In this document: piece by piece, positions 59,280-64,000 of the stretch
How positions within the stretch are numbered: position 1 is the first letter of the stretch
Layout of the letters: every line of letters begins with the position of its first letter
Assembly: GCF_006345805.1 (NCBI RefSeq)
Contig: NC_043006.1
Location: 35,960,001 to 36,024,000, forward strand
From: Octopus sinensis
Lineage: Eukaryota
DNA length: 64,000 nucleotides
Reading direction: 5' to 3'
Program-made: the position numbers and the translations under genes
The notes under the pieces: generated by a model
What the model was told of the DNA's origin: nothing
What the model saw: only the letters and a program-made list of their open reading frames with translations
The model's database searches: none

Positions 59280-60370
59280 CTGAATAAGAGAACATATGGG
59301 AAAATTGGTTCTGTTTCGAGATCCGAAGTCATCCTGATAATTGTAGATGGTTGTTGGAACAATACCACTTAACGGTCGGTATTGGTTTATTTATGTCCGC
59401 GTAACCTACAGGCTCGGAAAAGGGACTGATAGAATAAGTACTTGACTTTATAAAATAAGCACAGGAATCGATTTGTTCCATTCAACCCTTCAAAGTGGTG
59501 CTCCTGCATGGCCGCAGATCAATGACTGAAATGAGTAACTGATGGAATGACTTTGATGATTGGTCAGTCGGATGAGGTCCGACCTGGGGCTAAACAACAC
59601 CGACAACAGCAAGAAAAAAGAAGGCAAATAACACTACCCGTGCCGCCGTCACTACCACCACCACCACCACCTACAATAACAACAACAAGTGTCATATAAG
59701 AAAAGTTGTCCTGACATCTGTTGCCTTCGCAGTGAGTAGTGTTTATATTTCGCAGCGGGACGACATCGAAACGGAGCGTAGCCAGGTGAAGTCAGGTGAT
59801 GAGGGTGGATGGAATGCAGAGTATGTAGCGACGGCATAGGGTGGGTGGGTGCATGGTTTCAATACCTGCTCGTGTCAGGAGAAACTCGTCTCTCAACCTT
59901 TGCAGTAAGTCGCGTTTCTTCCTCATCTATACGTGTGCATGTGTGTGTGAGAGTGTGTGTGCGTCTGTGTTACTATCCATGTATGCGTGTATATATATAT
60001 ATATATATATATATGCGCATACATATATGTATGTATACATGTACATATATATATATTTACATGTGTGTGTGTGTGTGTTAACATGTGGATATATATATAT
60101 ATATATGTACATATACAAACATAGATACCTGTATATGTGTATATGTATATATATATATATATATACTTATACATACACTCCCTCGCACACACATATATAT
60201 ATATGCATATACACATATGCATTGATGTGGGTAGTGCACATGCTTACACACACACACACACATACACACTTGTGAGCGTACTAATTAATTAATTCAGACT
60301 TATATACCGTACTTCGGCAAGCCCTAGCATTTTGCACCCTACCACATCCCTACCATATTTTCCTCCTTCT

Positions 60371-60402
<32 letters not shown>

Positions 60403-60770
60403 CACACACACACACGCGCGCGCAAACACTCTCACACCCACCCTCTTTTTATCTCTTTTAATTTGTGGTTTCTTTTCCCCAATCGCTATCTCATACACGT
60501 CGCCCCTCGTTGTAGTTGTTGTTGTTGTTGTTGTTGTTGTTCTCCTTCTTCCTCGCCTCGTCCTCCTCTTCCTTCTTTCTCGCTCCATCCTCCTCTTCCT
60601 TCTTCCCCTTCTCTTCTTCTATTTCTTCTTTTTCTTCTTCTTTCAATATCATATCACACCCGGCTCTGCCAGTGCCTTGCAATTGTTGCCGCTGCTCTCA
60701 TACACGTGCGCGCGCAAGCACACAAGTGCACGCACACACACACACACCACACACACACACACACAAACAC

Positions 60771-60867
<97 letters not shown>

Positions 60868-61029
60868 GATATATAAAATTGTATGTATATGTACACAGAC
60901 TATACACAGACGTCTTAAAAGAAAATAGATTCTATTTTTGAAATATTCATTTCTCTTTTTGTCTTGAGATATTTGCTGGTCGAATGAGATGCTCCCTTCT
61001 CGTTGCTCTACTATAATACCCAAGCTGAT

Positions 61030-62228
61030 GGCCACACCTCACACAACTACCCCGACTCATTTGGAGTTTCTCTGCAACATCAGTTGCCTTACAATGGAGT
61101 TAATTCTCAACAATCTGCTTGACAGCCCGAAGACTCCTGTCGGAGGGCTAAGATCAACCTGAGCAGGATGCTGTTGGTTACTTTTCTTTACCAATGACCT
61201 GTAAAATCACTCTGTTAACTATGGCAAGAAAAATCTCAAGGATTTGTGCAATCTTACGCTGGCTAAGTCCACCTTCACACTGACCCACAATACGCCCTCT
61301 TTGAAAAGCTGGAAACTCTCTTACTGCAGATGTTTGCGGCATAGCTAGTTGTTATAGAATAGTTTCATCACCATTCGCGACTTCATCAATGACACCCTGT
61401 CTGCTTCAGGTCTTTCACATTTGTTGTAATAAGCAATATGGGATCGGAGTATGAGTTGTGTGATGCCAAGCTAACAGAGATATCAAAGACTCCTCTATTA
61501 AAGAAAGAACGAAATCTGTTAATGCACAATCCATTGTTTCGAATGTAAGAGAGACTCTTGGAGAGTCAGGGTCCCTAATTGAGACAGAGAAAACCTGGTG
61601 GATAAAAAATATACATGTATACCTTGGTGCTTTCACTATTTAAATATTGGTCCTCACGAATCTTGGAAAAAGAGGTTTAAGGATAGCATGAAGACTATCA
61701 TTAAGTCTCTTGGAATGGACCTGAAGGCCGTAGAAATCCTTGCTTCGGATCGAGCAGGATGGCGAACAAAAGTGAAGAGTAGAATGAAAGCTTTTGAGGA
61801 GGCCAGGATGATACATGCAAGACTCAAAAGTGATTTAAAGAAGAATGTTGCGATCGATGTGGTAAATCTCAACGACCTTTTTGTGTGCACAGTATGTGGC
61901 AAACCATGCCTTTCTTTAGCTGGGCCCAAATCTCATTTGCAGACCCATGAAAAACGAACCTCCACCAGTTACTCTGTCTATACATCTGTGCACACCTTTC
62001 AATGCCGTATATGCCATAAGGTCTGCAAATCTAACGAAGGCCTCAAAAGACATTTTAAGATCCATAAAGGTCAGAACTTTACTGCAGCTCATGGTGGTCC
62101 AAATCAGATATATATTTTATGCGGGTGTCTTTTCAATACATTGTCTGGTTTAAAAAGCCAGATTAGACATCATGATGGACCTAAGATGTAAATACAGGAG
62201 GTGGTCATAAGAAGTAGACAACCACCAT
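61030..62228 (+). mobile_element. Internally deleted RTE-clade LINE with C-terminal C2H2 fingers
   Basis: ORF 61598-62191: KKRFKDSMK...LASDRAGWR, CTVCGKPC...H...H, CRICHKVC...H...H; 5' boundary approximate. Confidence 0.75.
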
Positions 62229-62366
62229 ATATAAATATATACACACACATTAGACTCCTTTAACACATTATTTGTGGATCGTTCACCTTTTACAGCGTTA
62301 TATAAAATATAAAGATACACATGCAAAGTTAGTATAAGTAATATATAAAAAATCTTTTTAGCTTAC

Positions 62367-62472
62367 CGTTTTCCATTCCATCATCAATCTCATGTGAATC
62401 TTTTATAAATCTCTTGTAAATAATGTTTGCGTCTCCAATGATTATCTTTAGTATGGTTTCACCCTCTCTATT
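62367..62472 (-). other. Candidate upstream exon (NREGETILKIIIGDANIIYKRFIKDSHEIDDGMEN)
   Basis: Acceptor ttcattacag, donor G|gtaagc, one open frame, phase 0 to 1; no recognised homology. Confidence 0.45.
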
Positions 62473-63324
62473 CTGTAATGAATTGATCCAGTGAAAATAA
62501 TACAATGAAAATTAATATAAATGTATTTGCGCTCGCGCGTGTGTGTGCGTGCGTAGCAATGCGGACAAAGAATCGTTAAAGCATCAGAATAAATGGTTTG
62601 CTTTCATTGTTTTCGAGATCAATAAAATAAAATACCAGTTATTTACTAGCGATGGTGATAGCTATGCATCATCATCAACATATGAACATTACGGCTTTGA
62701 GTCTTAGGGCTTGTTGGGCTGATTGCCCGTTGTCCATGATGGAGAAGTGACCTATATCATAACAACCCCTTTGAACACGGCGCCAATCCTTCGAAGCGCT
62801 ACTATTCACAGCAGTGTGAAATAACGTATTTTGCTCAAGAATATAACGCACTGACTGGACCTAGAATCGAAACCACAACGTTGCAACATTGAGTACCAGG
62901 CCCGAAACACTAGATTGCGTGCCTTCACTGATCTACTATTCGCTTATCTACTATTCCTAAATTCCAGGTCTTATGCTTTCATAAAAACGATGTGTGTCCT
63001 AACAATAACGTCATTGGGACGTTATATAATCATTTAAAAATACGCGAAGACTACAATATCCACTTTTGGGTTACTTTCTAAATATTTATTTCTCTTTTAT
63101 TTGTTTTAGGCATTAGACTGCGCCCATGCTGCAGCACCGCGTTCCGCAATTTAATCGAACCAATCGAGGCCAGTACTTATTTTGAAGGCAGCATTTAATC
63201 CACCGAAAGCGCTTTGCCGAAACGCTAAGATACAGGAATGTAAACAGCGGTAGTCAAGTGGTGGCGGGGGACAAGTAAAATGACTTATACATGGATATAT
63301 GTACACACACATACACACACACAC

Positions 63325-63361
63325 GTACATGCATACATACATACATACATACTACATACAT

Positions 63362-63407
<46 letters not shown>

Positions 63408-63416
63408 GGACGGACG

Positions 63417-63467
<51 letters not shown>

Positions 63468-63504
63468 GGAAGGACGGACGGACGGACGGACGGACGGATG
63501 GATG

Positions 63505-63595
<91 letters not shown>

Positions 63596-63610
63596 TGATA
63601 GACAGACAGA
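63325..63610. repeat. Compound (CATA)(CAGA)(CGGA)(GATA) tetranucleotide array
   Basis: Direct inspection; similar GATA/CATA arrays near 17039, 36661, 38275 and 60772. Confidence 0.95.
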
Positions 63611-63714
63611 TAGGTATAAATTACTAAGGTGGCTAGTCTCAATTTAAAAACCATAAGGCACAAAGTACAATGGCACTAAAATGATATATCGATTTGTGTG
63701 TGCGTGGGTGTGTG

Positions 63715-64000
63715 TATCGTCGTCGTCATAGATTCGTGTCAGAATTTGGTTCATCATTCAGAAGATCAAGTCGGGAATAGAACAGTCTGAGTCATTCATC
63801 GCGTGGCAGGGTGGGTGGGGTATCTTGGTTGGAGTTGCCGGGACTTGCGTTGCTTTGTTGCTGTTTCTTCTTCAGTCTTTCTTCTCTCTTAAAAAGGGGA
63901 TCAGCCAAAATGAATTGCTCTTCCCCAGGATGACCGGTCGGCGGCTTCTGCTTCCCAGCTTGTTAGGGCTGATTCCGGGCTTAAAAGAGGGACGACTTCA
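63715..64000 (-). mobile_element. RTE-clade LINE 3' fragment
   Basis: WEAEAADRSSW motif and a short (GAC)n tail. Confidence 0.65.

Overview
AT-rich, microsatellite- and SINE-dense animal DNA; the repeat families suggest an octopus or other coleoid cephalopod (inference). The main gene is a divergent chitin synthase (GT2) on the minus strand. I assembled 11 phase-consistent GT-AG exons by hand between 57344 and 11457 (4209 nt, about 1400 codons). DxD, GEDRW, QRRRW and SWGTR are intact, and a ~320-aa Ser/Thr-rich insert lies inside the catalytic domain. Its 5' end is unresolved: the best in-phase upstream exon carries an in-frame UAG. The last exon of a second chitin synthase paralog (742-1199, +) faces it tail-to-tail. 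Introns and intergenic DNA hold mariner/Tc1, Chapaev-like, Helitron, hAT-MITE, R4/Dong-like, RTE and Penelope-like remnants, tRNA-derived SINEs and many long hairpins. The most striking non-coding signal is a set of type I hammerhead ribozyme folds. Two sit in an inverted, circularly permuted 485-nt structured unit at 35165-36097 (retrozyme- or Penelope pLTR-like). An unrelated one lies at 29587-29676, and three minimal variants occur elsewhere. Most listed ORFs are microsatellite artefacts.
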